Notes: generated by a model not told the origin, from the sequence alone. Positions 32,919-49,354 are shown, numbered from the stretch's first letter. The stretch is DNA of 64,000 nucleotides from Eledone cirrhosa (GCA_964016885.1 OZ024757.1:37634001-37698000); one strand, 5' to 3'. Translations and numbers: made by a program.

Positions 32919-33970
32919 TCTGCTTTAGCATATTATTCCATTCTATTAGCTATTACACCATTCTGTTGATCTGCAGATAATATTTATACTTTAATTCGTC
33001 ACTAAAACGAACACAGGAATGGCAGGGGCGGGTTATTAATATTTTCTCTTTTAAAAATTGGTCATTTAAACAGAGATTGTTCAAGTTCCACACAAACCCT
33101 TCATCATCATCGTCTCTTACCTCTGTTGTTATCAGTGAAGACTTTGAAGATTTATTTATTTCATTCAACTTGATCTACTCTCTATAATCTCCATTGGTCT
33201 GTAACAATATTTACTCGATCGTTACTACAGAACTTTTGACACCCTTTACAGTCTGTCATCTCTTATCAATGCTATTTCTCCTCAACTCATCAAAGACGAG
33301 CAACTTTCTAGTATACAAGGATTTGATAGATTTCACCATCATTCTGATTATATATTCGCTTTGCAGTTTATCTCAAACGGTATTTCAGTCGAAGAGCATT
33401 CACTTAATGTTTCTGCTTATGTATGTATTCTAATTTTAACTGATCTTTTCGCTACGATTAGTTCACCGACATCTCAATGAATTTTCATAATTTACTTTAA
33501 TACGGATTGTTGCCTTTCTAGAGGCGATCATAGCTTCACCACTCATTTCTGTTTATCATTTCTATCTATATCAAATACTAATTATCCCATGCATCAATGG
33601 TTGGATGAGAGGACAGATATCGTTAATACTTAAACATCAGCTTCTGCCTTTTCCCATGTTCCTGCCTACACAACAAGACTTCCGCTGTCCTTTTAAGGCC
33701 GCAGCAAATAAAAGCAGTGGCGCACTAAATATATATAAAAAAATAACCCCCCCCCCCCAACGAATGCCCCCCCCCCCCAAAAAAAAAATGAGTATTATGA
33801 CACAGCTAACTAGGGACCCTCTACGTGGTCATTCAAACTCAAAGAAATAGCAGCCAAATCCTCTGCTCTTAGAAAAACCCCTGAAAGGAGGGTTGGCAAT
33901 CGGTGAGAATTCACTATATATTTAAGCATAGAAGTGTTCTTTTTAGGAACCCTTGGATGGGATTTTCATT

Positions 33971-34314
33971 TACTCTGGGGTTTTGAATAATTGCATGCAC
34001 CCGCTTATTAATTTTTCAAACTTCCGCCCACCTGCTTATTAAATTTTGCTAGTTTATCTCCTTTGAAATTTTATTTTAAGTGGTAGCATTCCTGCGACAA
34101 TTAATTTTCTTTATACATTAAAAAACACTATACATGACAAAAAAGTACATTACTAGAAATCACATCCTATTTATAAAATAAATAGGATGGGTTGGGAGTC
34201 ACAATATGTAAACTAAACGACTAATTCTGGTTTAAAAAAAAAAATCAACGGAGACAACCTAGAAAGACAACATGCTTATTTATTCCCCCATCTATTATTT
34301 GGGACTCGAGAGTA
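33971..34314. mobile_element. Tc1/mariner-type MITE candidate
   Basis: Imperfect TIRs TACTCTGGGGTTTTGAATAAT / ATTATTTGGGACTCGAGAGTA with terminal TA; subterminal GCTTATT repeats. Confidence 0.5.
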
Positions 34315-34970
34315 AGAAGACAAGCAGTTTCCTCATAGAGCAAGTTTTCTCTCCCCCTCGCCAGTAATATTGATAAATGAGTAAACTGGCCGCCCGTTCA
34401 TCATCTATTCAGTTGACTAATTTCAATATATACAATATACATAACACTCTATTTGATGGTGTTAATTCAAGCGGCACTCAAGAGACTTCTTACAGCCTTC
34501 AACAGAAAAATAAAACACACCCAAAACACACCAATATTAAAATATATAAACATGAAAATATAAAACTGAAAATCAAACACAAATACAAACACAGCTGCTA
34601 GGCTTTCTAGACGCCAGCCATTAGTTAGTATCTAGTGGATCACATGTAATGTCATTTTTATATTTTATATATGAATTTCCAGGAAATTTATTTACACAAA
34701 GGTAATATTAGCAGATATGATATTAAGAGACCATTAAAAAATAATGGTATTCTATATAAAATTACTGCGTAATGGGAAATTACAGTGTGTATACTTTCCG
34801 CGTATTATTATTATTATTATTATTATTATTGTTATTATTGTTATTATTGTTATTATTATTGTTATTATTATTGTTATTTTTATTATATTTATTTCGTTGA
34901 ATTTTCAATAATTTATAGGATTTTATTTCCTGTTACTGTTGGCGATATAAAAAAAAATGTTATATATATT

Positions 34971-35031
<61 letters not shown>

Positions 35032-35379
35032 CTGCAATCTAGAAATATAAATGTAAGCACTTCAAACAAATGATATTCTTTTAACGTTTCCTTTGTTTAT
35101 ATTAGTGGGGCTTCATTTTGTGGTAATAACGTGTATGCATGTATATATATATATATATACATCTCTCTCTCTCTATATATATATATTATATATATATATG
35201 TTGTGGTTTGGTGCGCTTCGTGTATTACTACGTTTGTCTAGGCACGTGAAAGATAGATGGAGACACAGACTGGTAGACATTGAGAAAATAAAGTGAGTGA
35301 GGAGAAGAGAGAGGGATTGATTCCAGAAAGTGCATCTGGGACTAGATGTGAGTGAAGCTCTCTTGTATAACTTGGAGAC

Positions 35380-35443
<64 letters not shown>

Positions 35444-35530
35444 AGATATATATACATATATATATATATAATTCTCTGAAAGTGGCTGTAATTCTGTCTC
35501 TCTCACACATCTATATATATATGTACACTC

Positions 35531-35579
<49 letters not shown>

Positions 35580-35582
<3 letters not shown>

Positions 35583-35762
35583 GCAAACATCACGGGCGCT
35601 CTATCTCAAAATTATTTTTGAAAAGCATTAGAAATGCGCAACCGGTAAAAACTTAAAACCAAAACTGAATACTAACCAATACTATTACTAATTTTTACTT
35701 ATTCCTAATTAAGCTATTTTCACTGGGAACAATTTGTCAGCATTTTCTTTTCCTTTTACCAA
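35580..35762 (+). mobile_element. TA-embedded element family G with variant hammerhead-like motif
   Basis: Homologous to 58841-59035; TTGAAAA-GCATT-AGA-AATGC-GCAA-CCGG-TA at 35618-35647. Confidence 0.65.
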
Positions 35763-35782
35763 TATATATATATATATACATA

Positions 35783-35920
35783 TGAGCTTCTTGATGATTT
35801 CTCCCGGATGAAACAGTTCTAGTTTTGTAGAAGTCATTCCTATATTAAATATTTATACTCTGCTATGTATTGAGTACTTACTTACTGTGGTTACCTCCGA
35901 TTGAACCCTGGATAAACCTA
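35783..35920 (+). mobile_element. Penelope-like short element family D with complete degenerate hammerhead
   Basis: GCTTC-TTGATGA-...-GAAAC...GTA-GAAGT at 35786-35834; tail shared with the 40418 and 59628 copies. Confidence 0.65.
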
Positions 35921-36286
35921 TATATATATATATATATATATATATGTGAACATACATACACACATTCATACAAACATACATACAGTGTACAAGAGAGATG
36001 CAAACAGGGATATATATATATATATGGTGGCTACCAACTCGTTTTCGAGTACGGCCACTACTTTATATCCATGTAGGCGAACTCCCACCGATGCGCTGAA
36101 CGAGTGAGACTTTTTAGTCCAGCGAGCGACTTGAAAACTCTGGCACAACCACTACACTTGTGACAATTATTGATACATAGTGCTGGGCCCATGGTACCAT
36201 GTGATGACGAGTGCAGAGAGATCTCCAGATATAAAGCAATGCCTGTGCCTTGAAGCTTTTATAGTGAGCAAAGGCACTGCACAAAG

Positions 36287-36351
<65 letters not shown>

Positions 36352-36749
36352 GTATGTACTCACAAACATACAAACAGATATATACACACATACATACAAC
36401 GTACGAGAGTGTGAGATGGTCGTTGTATGCGCCATATTTGAATTTTGTAAAAATCTGTGTTAATGAAGTCACTGTTTCCATCAGGTTTATTTCTCTTTCT
36501 ATATTTTAGTTCTTGTTATCCGGTTTTTGCCTGATTGATGATCGTTAATAAATGTTGAGAGGTCGCTTATGTACTCTACCCAATTGCAACGTGTAGTTAG
36601 TGTAGGGTTTGTTTAATACATACATGTATATGTATGTGTATATATGTGTGTGTATATATGTGTGTATATATATGTGTGTATATATACGTATTAACGTGGA
36701 TATAAATTTATATATATAAATATATTCATCTGTATATATATATATTTTT

Positions 36750-37510
<761 letters not shown>

Positions 37511-38376
37511 AATCACACATAATAAATGTTTATATATCATTGTTTTTGCTTCGCATATATATATATATGCATCTGTTTAATTTCTCTGGTGGCTTGATAT
37601 ATATATATATATATATATTTATATTGATGTGTATATTCTCTTTATTCTCCATAAATAATTAATATCTAGCGGCCAATCAGATGATGTTATTTATTTAAGA
37701 TGGAGGACTTCAGTCATTGCTTAATAAAATCATAATTGATTGAATGAATAAAGCCTGAATCCAGATCAAGACTATATACATATATCTGCGTGTATATATA
37801 TATATATATATATATAGAAAGAGAGAGAGAGAGAAATATCTGTATATATATATATATATATACAGATCTCTCTCTCTCTCTCTCTACAGATCTATCTCTC
37901 TCTCTCTATATATATAGTTTGAACGCGCATTTCGCGTGAATAAAACACGTGTGTGATGCTAGTTTGATAATCCGTTCCTGCATATATATATATCTAAATA
38001 GTGTCTGTGTGTGTGTGTGTATACAAATAAAGTAATTGATTCAGACGTCACCGAAAATCACAATGTCTCTATATGGGTATTTAGTAAAATCTCATTTGTT
38101 TGAGCTGTGATTTATGATAATTTCACTTTGTATAAAAAATCTCGTCACGGATTACGGAAGACCTTTTTCAATCTTTGTATTAAGGATCTATCATATATAC
38201 ACACACACATATATATATATATATATTGTTATACTTGGTCATGTTGCCAATAAGAAACACACGCACCAGTTGCTTTCACTTCAATTTATTATAAATTAAA
38301 TTTATATCTTTAAGAATTAATAAATTTCCGCTTGGTTGGTTGGTTGGTTCCACAACCGGACGGTTGTTCATATATT

Positions 38377-38419
38377 GTCAAAGTTCTTTCGTCACACATT
38401 CTGTGACCTCTTCAGTGAC
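38377..38419 (-). ncRNA. Putative minimal type-I hammerhead ribozyme with canonical core
   Basis: Minus strand GTCA-CTGAAGA-G-GTCACA-GAATG-TGTGAC-GAAA-GAAC-TT-TGAC: stem I 4 bp, stem II 6 bp, CUU triplet. Confidence 0.65.
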
Positions 38420-38697
38420 TGGGGATTCTTTTCTTTGTCTTTGTGCCTCTCCTTTGTTCTGTCCTACGCCATCTTGTTTTTGTATGTCACACAAAAACAA
38501 GATGTGTGTGTGCGCGTGAGTGTGTATATATATATTTTCAAAAGTAAGGTTTCCATCAGTAAGTTCCATAATGGCAAAAATATAGAAAAAAAGAAGCTGA
38601 TATACATGCCTTCTGATGTAAACCCAATATATATATATATTTATATATATATATATTGGGTTTTTAAAATCCACTGTCAATAAATACACCAGGATTT

Positions 38698-38758
38698 TTT
38701 CATTCTGATGACTGAAAGCAAATTTTGTTTGCTTTCAGGAAACCACTGGTGAATGAAA
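38698..38758 (+). ncRNA. Hammerhead ribozyme motif with GUG at the cleavage triplet
   Basis: TTTCATT-CTGATGA-CTGAAAGCAAA-TTTTG-TTTGCTTTCAG-GAAACC-ACT-GGTG-AATGAAA: stem I 7 bp, stem II 11 bp perfect. Confidence 0.7.
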
Positions 38759-38789
38759 TAATTATCTTATGTTGTTTATTACATAACTA

Positions 38790-38837
<48 letters not shown>

Positions 38838-39242
38838 TATAAGCAAAGGGATATTTAATTTGTTTGTAATTCAACAAATATATTTATAACACGAACGAAG
38901 CACTCGACAGATTTTTCTGATATTAATAAATGGAAACTATATTTATTAATATCATTGATATATATATATATATACACACAGAGAAAGAGAGAGTGTGAGA
39001 GAGAATTGCAGTAATATTCGGGTTTCGTTAGTATAAATCAATTATTTTATAGTTATTAACAAAAAACTAAAGCAGTTGGATTCGATTTAACTTCATTGAA
39101 AGAGTCACCTATACTGATTAGGCGATCCTATACTGATTATGTAACACATTCAAAGAAACACGTGTCATTGTTATGCAATAAATGATGTTCTCACTCTTTT
39201 GAAATGTGATGCTTTAAATGATAATTTTTGTCGATTTCTCTG

Positions 39243-39301
<59 letters not shown>

Positions 39302-39531
39302 ACTCACACATCCAGACACACATTAGTTATCAACATATAAACTTTATCAAAAATCTATCTATGCTATGACATTAAATAACTAAAAATACATTCAATATGA
39401 AACAGAGTTTAGTTGAAAGAAAGACACTTTAAAGAAACAATACATCAATATCTGAAAACATATATATTGAAACAACTCAGAAACATACAGCCCCTATCTC
39501 TCTCTCTCTCTCTCTCTCTCCCTCTCTCCTC

Positions 39532-39564
<33 letters not shown>

Positions 39565-39638
39565 CACATACATATATTGCATATTATGTACCGATATATA
39601 TTTACACAAACATACATACGCACTTAGATATGTATGTG

Positions 39639-39669
<31 letters not shown>

Positions 39670-39838
39670 ATGTATTGCATATTATGTATCTATATATATT
39701 TACATATACATACATACGCACTTATATATGTATGTGTGTGTATATATATATGTATATATATATATATATATATGCATACATATATTGCATATCATGTATC
39801 TATATATATTTATCAAACATACATACGCATTTAGATAT

Positions 39839-39873
<35 letters not shown>

Positions 39874-40179
39874 ACATATTAGAATCTATATTATTTTGTG
39901 TATTTAATCACATAAAATCTAAGAGTGTTTAACAACAGGAAATACAAGTCTATGTATGCAAGAGTTACAAAAGATATCTTTAAATACTTATAACGGTTTG
40001 GTAGTTAAACATTTAACTGATAACTTTGACGAGGTCGGATATAAAGATATAGCGACATAACAATTTGTAGATGAATGATGGAGCGTAGGTTTTAATATGA
40101 TGATGTTATAATATATTTCCTCTCCCTTTTGTAAGGCTTTCCTAACAATCGGTGGCTAGCTAAAGCGTATTAATTTGCC

Positions 40180-40418
40180 TCGGTGGATTGGCAGTGTCGG
40201 ACATCATGCATTGACGCATAGAGTTACGGCCCTTTCCATTACGAGTTCAAATCCCACGGAGGTTAACTTTGCCTTTCATCCTTCCGCAGTCGATAAAATA
40301 AAATACCAGTAATGTACTGGGGTAATTGCTGGCCTTGTGCCAACAGTAGACACAATGTGGTTTGACAGTATCGAGAGAGCGTTAGTAACCATGATTTGCA
40401 GCATAGTTACGACCCTTT
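40180..40418 (+). mobile_element. SINE plus 5' part of a second SINE
   Basis: Collinear with the family; the second copy is cut off where the family D element starts. Confidence 0.8.
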
Positions 40419-40572
40419 AATATTGAAATGGTTTCTACAGGACCGGAACTGTTTCATTCAGGAGAAGATGAAACGTCCTGTAGAAGCCATTTCTATATTA
40501 AATATTTTTACTCTGCTATGTATTGAGTACCTTACTTACTGTGGTTACCCCCGATTGAACCCGGGAGAAGCA
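40418..40572 (+). mobile_element. Penelope-like short element family D with fold-back end
   Basis: GAAATGGTTTCTACAGGAC / GTCCTGTAGAAGCCATTTC inverted arms; tail ends CGATTGAACCCGGGA before (TA)n. Confidence 0.65.
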
Positions 40573-40579
40573 TACATAC

Positions 40580-42200
<1,621 letters not shown>

Positions 42201-42469
42201 ATGTGTGTGTGTAGTTGGTGGTGATACTCATAGTGGTGATGATCATCTTGATACTGATGATAATTGCATCGAATTGATCATACATGTTTCCACACAAATC
42301 AATTATATGCAATCATCATAATAATCACCTTACACATTATTCACACCCCTACATATTCAGCCATGATTGAGAATATACGTAATAATAATAATAGTAATAA
42401 TAATGATAATAATAATAATGATAATATATATATATATATATCATGCACACACACACACACACACACACA

Positions 42470-42777
<308 letters not shown>

Positions 42778-43414
42778 TGTCTATCTCTCAATCTTCTTTT
42801 TGTAACTAATTATATATATATATATATATATAATATGTGTGTGTGTGTGTATATATGTGTATATATATATATATATTATTTATATATACATAGGCACAGA
42901 AATATATATGAAACCTTGTTATGATCGATATTATTTCGTCTCAGTAATAAGTTCAGTTTAGTTCAAGTGCTGTTACTCCAGTTTGTCTACAGTCTAATGT
43001 CTGCTGGAACCAATCAAATATAGAAAGGAGCAAGGAAGGGCTGGAGGCGTGGAGGGATCTAGGGAGGAATGGCGGAACTATAAGCAATTGAAACGAACGC
43101 TTAGTTTTGCAGTCACTTAATTTATAGATTTTGTAAAGTTTAATGGTAAATTTGACCTTGGCGGGCATTGAACTCAGAATTCAGTCTTATGATGATTAGA
43201 TGAGAATAAAACATTACTCCGGTCGCCATCTTCTTGTCGTCATCTTGGTTAAGGGTTTTGCCTACTTTGGGTATCGATGTAGTCGGCTGCACACCCAGAT
43301 ACGCCCTTGGCCCTTCCCCCACTTCTGTGAGTCCATCTGAACATCCAGAGTGTGGCATCGGAACAAAAGAGGGCTGCATCAACCATTTGTAGTTTTGTTT
43401 TGTTCATTTTTTTT

Positions 43415-43818
43415 TCTTCTTCTTCACTCACTTATTCCTGAAAGAGTCGTGGGGACAGAGTCCTCAAACACTCCTTCCAGTGGGTCCTGACAGAAGCAAC
43501 CGCCTCCAAATGGTCCGACTGTATCTCCAAGAGAAACCAGCTAAGCTCTTGGATGTCATCGTACCATCTTGCTCGAGGTCTACCACTACTCGAGGTCTAC
43601 CAGTTGGTTTTTGCCTGTAAAATTTGTCAGGGGTTCTTCCCTGAGATATTCTAACCACATGTTTGTAATATCAGAGCTGTGATCTCTCAATTCGGAGAAG
43701 TAGGGGCTCTGCTTGGAGTTACTCCAGCGATCCTTTCCTGAGATATTCTAACCACATGGCCATAGTATCGGAGCAGTGATCTCTCAATTCGGAGAAATAG
43801 CGGTCTACCCGAGCTACA
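43415..43818 (-). mobile_element. RTE-clade (Expander/Rex3-like) LINE 3' end, decayed
   Basis: The minus strand reads EPLLLRIERSQL..HVVRISQGR...GRPRARWYDDIQELSW...LEAVASVRTHWKECLRTLSPR, with a (GAA)n tail; the 5' part is duplicated. Confidence 0.85.
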
Positions 43819-43901
43819 CAATTTATAAAGTAATGTTACCACAAAGACCCTTCGGATGAACCCCATTTCGGCCGCTTGTCTTCATGATCCCATTCTTTCA
43901 G

Positions 43902-44770
43902 TCATTACCCAGCAACAATAACAACAACAACAACAAAAGCAATAGTAACAACAGCAGCAACAACAATAGCAACGGCTACAAATAGAGTAGAAACCACCAA
44001 CACCACAACAACAACACTTGCAACAACAATAACAACGGCTACAAGTACACCAGCAACAACTACCACAACAACAACAACAACAATAAGTACAACAACTACC
44101 ACCAACACCACAACAACTAAGTACAACAACTACCACCACCACCTCAACAACAATAAGTACAACAACAACAACTACCACCAACACCACCACCACAACAACA
44201 ACACCTGCAACACCTGCAACAACAATAACAACGGCTACAAGTACACCAGCAACAACTACCACCACCACCACAAAAACAAGTACAACAACAACAACTACCA
44301 CCACCAACACCACCACCACAACAACAACACCTGCAACACCTGCAACAACAATAACAACGGCTACAAGTACACCAGCAACAACTACCACCACCACCACCAC
44401 AACAATAAGTACAACAACAACAACCACCACCACAACAACAACATCTGAAACACCTGCAACAACAATAACAACGGCTACAAGTACACCCGGAACCACTACC
44501 ACCACCACCACAACAAGTACAACAACTACCACCAACACCACCACCACCACAACAACAAGTACAACAACTACCACCAACACCACCACCACCACAACAACAA
44601 CACCTGCAACACCTATAACAACGGCTACAAGTACACCAGCAACAACTACCGCCACCACCACAACAATAAGTACAACAACAACTACCACCAACACCACAAC
44701 AATAACAGCAAGTACAATAACAGCAACAAATGCAAGTCAAATGAGATGTGGCCCAGATGTATTTAAATAG
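43902..44770 (+). repeat. Thr/Pro/Ala-coding-like (ACA)-derived tandem repeat, possible mucin-like exon
   Basis: Core GCAACAACAATAACAACGGCTACAAGTACACCAGCAACAACTACC about 5 times; acceptor-like TTCTTTCAG at 43893-43901; 1-nt frameshift near 44117. Confidence 0.5.
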
Positions 44771-45901
44771 CTATTACCCTGGTCAATATATTCAACGAGG
44801 ACCATTAAGGTCAAAAACAAGACATTACTTTAGTAAATAACTACCCTGGGTCATATTTACTTAATGAGCTAAAATAACTGAGAACACACACACACACACA
44901 CATATATACTCACACAGACATACACACGCATACACACCATTCTACATTTTTTTGTCTTTCTTGTATATATGTGCACATATGTATATATATATGTATATAT
45001 ATATATATATATAATGTGTGTGTGTTTGTACATATATATATATGTACAAACACGCACATATATACATATATGTACAAACACACACATATATTCATATATG
45101 TACAAACACACACACATATGTACATACATATGTGTATGTATGTATATATGAATATATTTATATATATATATGTATGTATAAATACACAGATATATATGTT
45201 CATATTTACATTTTTATGTGTATAAAATATAAATATATATATATATATATACGGATATGTATACATATTTACGTGACTATAAACGCACACACACCAACAC
45301 ACACACACACACGCACACACACACATCTATATCCATATCTATATATACTTACTCATAGCGAAGAAAGCAAAAGCCAAAAAATAAAAACCGATTAATTTCA
45401 ATGGCGTGTGATAGGGTTAAAACACTTAGAAAGAAGTGTACTATGACCTGTGTCAGGTCTTAACTGCTAACGAGGTGGAAAGACGAAGACAAATGGAAAG
45501 AAAATATATAGAAATTGCGTAGCAGTAAATATAATAACTTATAGTGTTACGTATCGAGCTAAAAACATTTGCAATGTCTCGTATGTAAATTTCCTGCTAT
45601 GTATGTAATAAGCTTTACATAGAATATAGAAAGGATATGTAGGGAGATAGAGAAATATGACAGTACATGCATGGACATTGTTTATTGGTTTCTCTCTGTC
45701 ATGTATGTATGTATTGAGTGCTACTGGTAACGTGTAACCCAGTACAACCTGTCGCATGGTCGGGTCATCGGCGACTAAACCGGCAACCGCACTAAGTTTA
45801 CTTAGTGCAGGATAAAAAACAAAATCTGACAAAATAAAAAAATAAAAAATAAAACCATACACAATCTCATTCACACACACACACACGGACTCGTATACAG
45901 C

Positions 45902-45934
<33 letters not shown>

Positions 45935-46081
45935 GAGACACATACAATTACACACACAGTCAGGAGACATACAGACACACGCACATACACACATACACTC
46001 AGGAGACACACACACACAACACACACACACACACACTAAACAGAAAAATCGGGGAGGAGGCGGAGAGGAGGAGAAAATTTA

Positions 46082-46242
46082 TTAAATCAACCCCAGTACA
46101 TTACTGGTACTTTATTTTATGGACTCAGTAAGGATGAAAGCAAAGTTAACCTTGGCGGGATTTGAACTCAGAATGGCAAGGGCTGTAACTCTATGCGTCA
46201 AAGCATGGCGTCCGACCCTCTACCGATACTGCCAATCTACCA
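46082..46242 (-). mobile_element. SINE, main family
   Basis: Reverse complement is collinear with 56258-56445. Confidence 0.85.
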
Positions 46243-46439
46243 TTAGTAAAAAAGAACAACAACAATAGTAATAATAATAACAATAATAATGATAATAATA
46301 GAATAAAAGATGAAACAGTGGAGTTGTATTGATGGTATGGAGAGAGAAAAAGTTTAATTATAACAGATACAGAATTTCTATCGAATCTTTTCAAGTCATT
46401 TAACAAGAATTCGCTTTAAAAAAATAGTGTTTGATTGTA

Positions 46440-47185
46440 GTGGTGGAGTGATGGTGGTGGAGTTGTGGTGGTGGTGGTGGTTGTGAAGGGATGGTGGAGT
46501 GGTGGTGAAGTTGTGGTGGTGGTGGAGTGTTGGTTGTGAAGGGATAGTGGTGGTGGTGGTATTTGTTGGTGTTGTTGTGTTGGTGGTGTTGTTGTTGCTC
46601 TGTCGGTGGTGGTTGTGTGTTGTGGTGGTGTGGTTGATGTTGTGGTGGTGTGGTTGATGCGGTGGTGGCGTGGTTGATGTGGTGGTGGTATGGTTGTTGT
46701 GGTGGTGAGGTTGATGTGGTGGTGGTGGCGTGGTTGATGTGGGGGGTGGCGTGGTTGTCGTGGTGGTGAGGTTGATGTGGTGGTTGTGGGGATTAACAGA
46801 CAACAACATCAGCAGCAACAAAAACAAGAACAGTAGTAGCAACAACAACAATTGTAACCGCAGCAACAGCAACAACAGTAACAACAACAATAACAACAAC
46901 AGTATCAACATCATCTACAGCAGTATCAACATCATCTACAGCAGTAACAACAGTAACATCAACAACAGTAACATCAACAACAGTAACATCAACAACAGTA
47001 ACATCAACAACAGTAACATCAACAACAGTAACACCAACAACAGTAACACCAACAACAGTAACACCAACAACAGTAACATCAACAACAGTAACATCAACAA
47101 CAGTAACAACGACAGTAACAACACCACCAACAACAATAACAGTAACAACATCAACGACAGTAACAACAACAATAACAACAACAGT
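46440..47185. repeat. (GGT/GTT)n tract followed by (AAC)-rich 15-bp repeat AACAACAGTAACATC
   Basis: Direct reading. Confidence 0.9.
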
Positions 47186-47569
47186 ATATCGATGTTACAG
47201 GAATGGAGTCGAAACTGATTCTAGAGAAAATGTTCAACTCAAATGAACCGCAATGATCGGAAATCAAGTGAAGTGATATTTCGTCTGTGATCTAGATCGA
47301 ACGAGGGGTTTTTTTTTGTTCTTTAGTTGGTATTTTGGGCGATGTGTTTTGTTTTTGTGGTTTTTGTTTTGTTGGTTCTTTAGGCATAGTAGTCTTTTTG
47401 TTGTTTTGTGTTTTATTATTGCTCAGAAACTAAGTCGTTCATTTGCCAAGAATAGACGCTGTGAGGAAGTTAACCTATTACGTGGCAGCCATTTTGACAG
47501 TAGTGTCATTGAAACAACAACCTCTATAACAACAACAACGACAACGTCAGTGACAATATCAACAACGAC

Positions 47570-48187
47570 AATGTCTAGAGGAAAGCATCGCTGAACAGAT
47601 TTGTAGCTTGCAAATCAGAGAGTCACTCCAGGTAGCGCTGCTACTTCTCGGAATTGAGGGATCTCAGCTCCGATACTATGCGTATGTAGTTAGAATGTCT
47701 CAGGAAAGGGTTGCTGGACAAATTTGTAGCTCGGAGATCGGAAAGTCATTCTAGGTAGAGCCTCTACTTCTCCGAATTGAGGGATCACATCTCCGATACT
47801 ATGGACATGTGGTTAGTAGAATGTCTTAGGAAAGACTGTGTAGCTCAGAGATCAGAGAGTCACTCTAGTTAGCACCGCTACTTCTCCGAATTGAGGGATC
47901 ACAGCTCCGATACTATGGACATATGGTTAGTAGAATGTCTTAGGAAAGACTGTGTAGCTCAGAGATCAGAGAGTCACTCTAGTTAACACCGCAACTTCTC
48001 CGAATTGAGGGATCACAGCTCCGATACTATGGGCATGTCCTTAGAATGTCTCAAGAAAGGATCGCTAGACAGATTTGTAGCTCGGAGATCAGAGAGTCAC
48101 TCCAGGTAGAGCTGCTACTTCTCTGAATTGAGAGATAACAGCTCCGATACTATGGACATGTGGTTAGAATGTCTCAGGAGAGGATCG
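47570..48187 (+). mobile_element. Tandem array (5 units) of an RTE ORF segment
   Basis: Unit starts 47602, 47725, 47839, 47953, 48076; translate as CSSEIRESLQVE.LLLRIE.SQLRYYGHVVRMSQER with stops. Confidence 0.85.
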
Positions 48188-48742
48188 AAATCTACCCGAC
48201 ATTCTAACGAGTGTACCAGTCCACCGTCATTTTACAGGCAGAGTATGTAACATTTAAACTTCCTATATGAAATCCACGGGTTTTTTGGCCACCAATTAAA
48301 CAACATATAATTTAGAGTAGAACAAAACTAAAGTAGACAACAACAACAACAACAACAACAAAAATGGAAGGAAAATAGATCGTAAATTTTGATGTCATTT
48401 CACCACTAATTGGTGTGTTTGTCGCCGTTTCTAAAGATAATTAGAAAAACTGGCGTTTAGTAATAACTAACAAATAATAATTACTGACATCAAATAGACT
48501 AATAGCAAAGGTGATGAAGAGGGTGGTGATTACGGTGAGGGCGGCGATTGTGGTGGTGGTAGATGTGTGCGTGTGGTGGGGAGGGTGTCTAAGTGGTGGC
48601 GGTGGAAGGCAAAACGATTCCCGACACAGACCAACAGCAAACACTAAAAGCAAATTAATTAAATAAAAATATTTTCTTTTTTCATATATATATACAAACA
48701 CACACACACACACATACACACGCACATATATATATGTATATA

Positions 48743-48788
<46 letters not shown>

Positions 48789-48806
48789 ATATATTATATA
48801 TATATA

Positions 48807-48846
<40 letters not shown>

Positions 48847-48899
48847 CATATATATATATATAATATATATATAATATATATATAATATACATATATATA

Positions 48900-49340
48900 T
48901 ATATATATAATATGCATATATAGGTATATATATAAATATAATATACATATATAGGTATATATATATATATAAAATATACATATATAGGTAGATATATATA
49001 TATAATATACATATATAGGTAGATATATATATATAATATACATATATAGGTAGATATATATAATATACATATATAGGTAGATATATATATATAATATACA
49101 TATATAGGTAGATATATATATATATAATATACATATATAGGTAGATATATATAATATACATATATAGGTAGATATATATATATAATATACATATATAGGT
49201 AGATATATATATATATAATATACATATATAGGTGTATATATATAATATACATATATAGGTATAAATATATATATAATATACATATATATATGTATATATA
49301 TATATATAATATACATATATAGGTATATATATATATAATA
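48900..49340. repeat. ~30-bp minisatellite (ATATAGGTAGATATA...TAATATACAT)
   Basis: Direct reading. Confidence 0.9.
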
Positions 49341-49354
49341 TACATATATATGTG

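Noticed and set aside
33205-33480. ~90-codon stop-free frame with possible splice sites
   Set aside because: Two overlapping frames are both open, suggesting a compositional effect; no homology recognised.
35199-35380. TG...CA bounded island resembling a solo LTR
   Set aside because: No second copy, PBS, PPT or distinguishable TSD within (TA)n.
42255-42290. CTGATGA heptamer
   Set aside because: Lies in a GAT-rich tract with no downstream GAAA or stems.
43200-43390. GC-rich island tested as an HDV-like ribozyme or exon beside the RTE
   Set aside because: Could not identify P3/L3/P1.1; it lies 3' rather than 5' of the RTE; peptide unrecognised.
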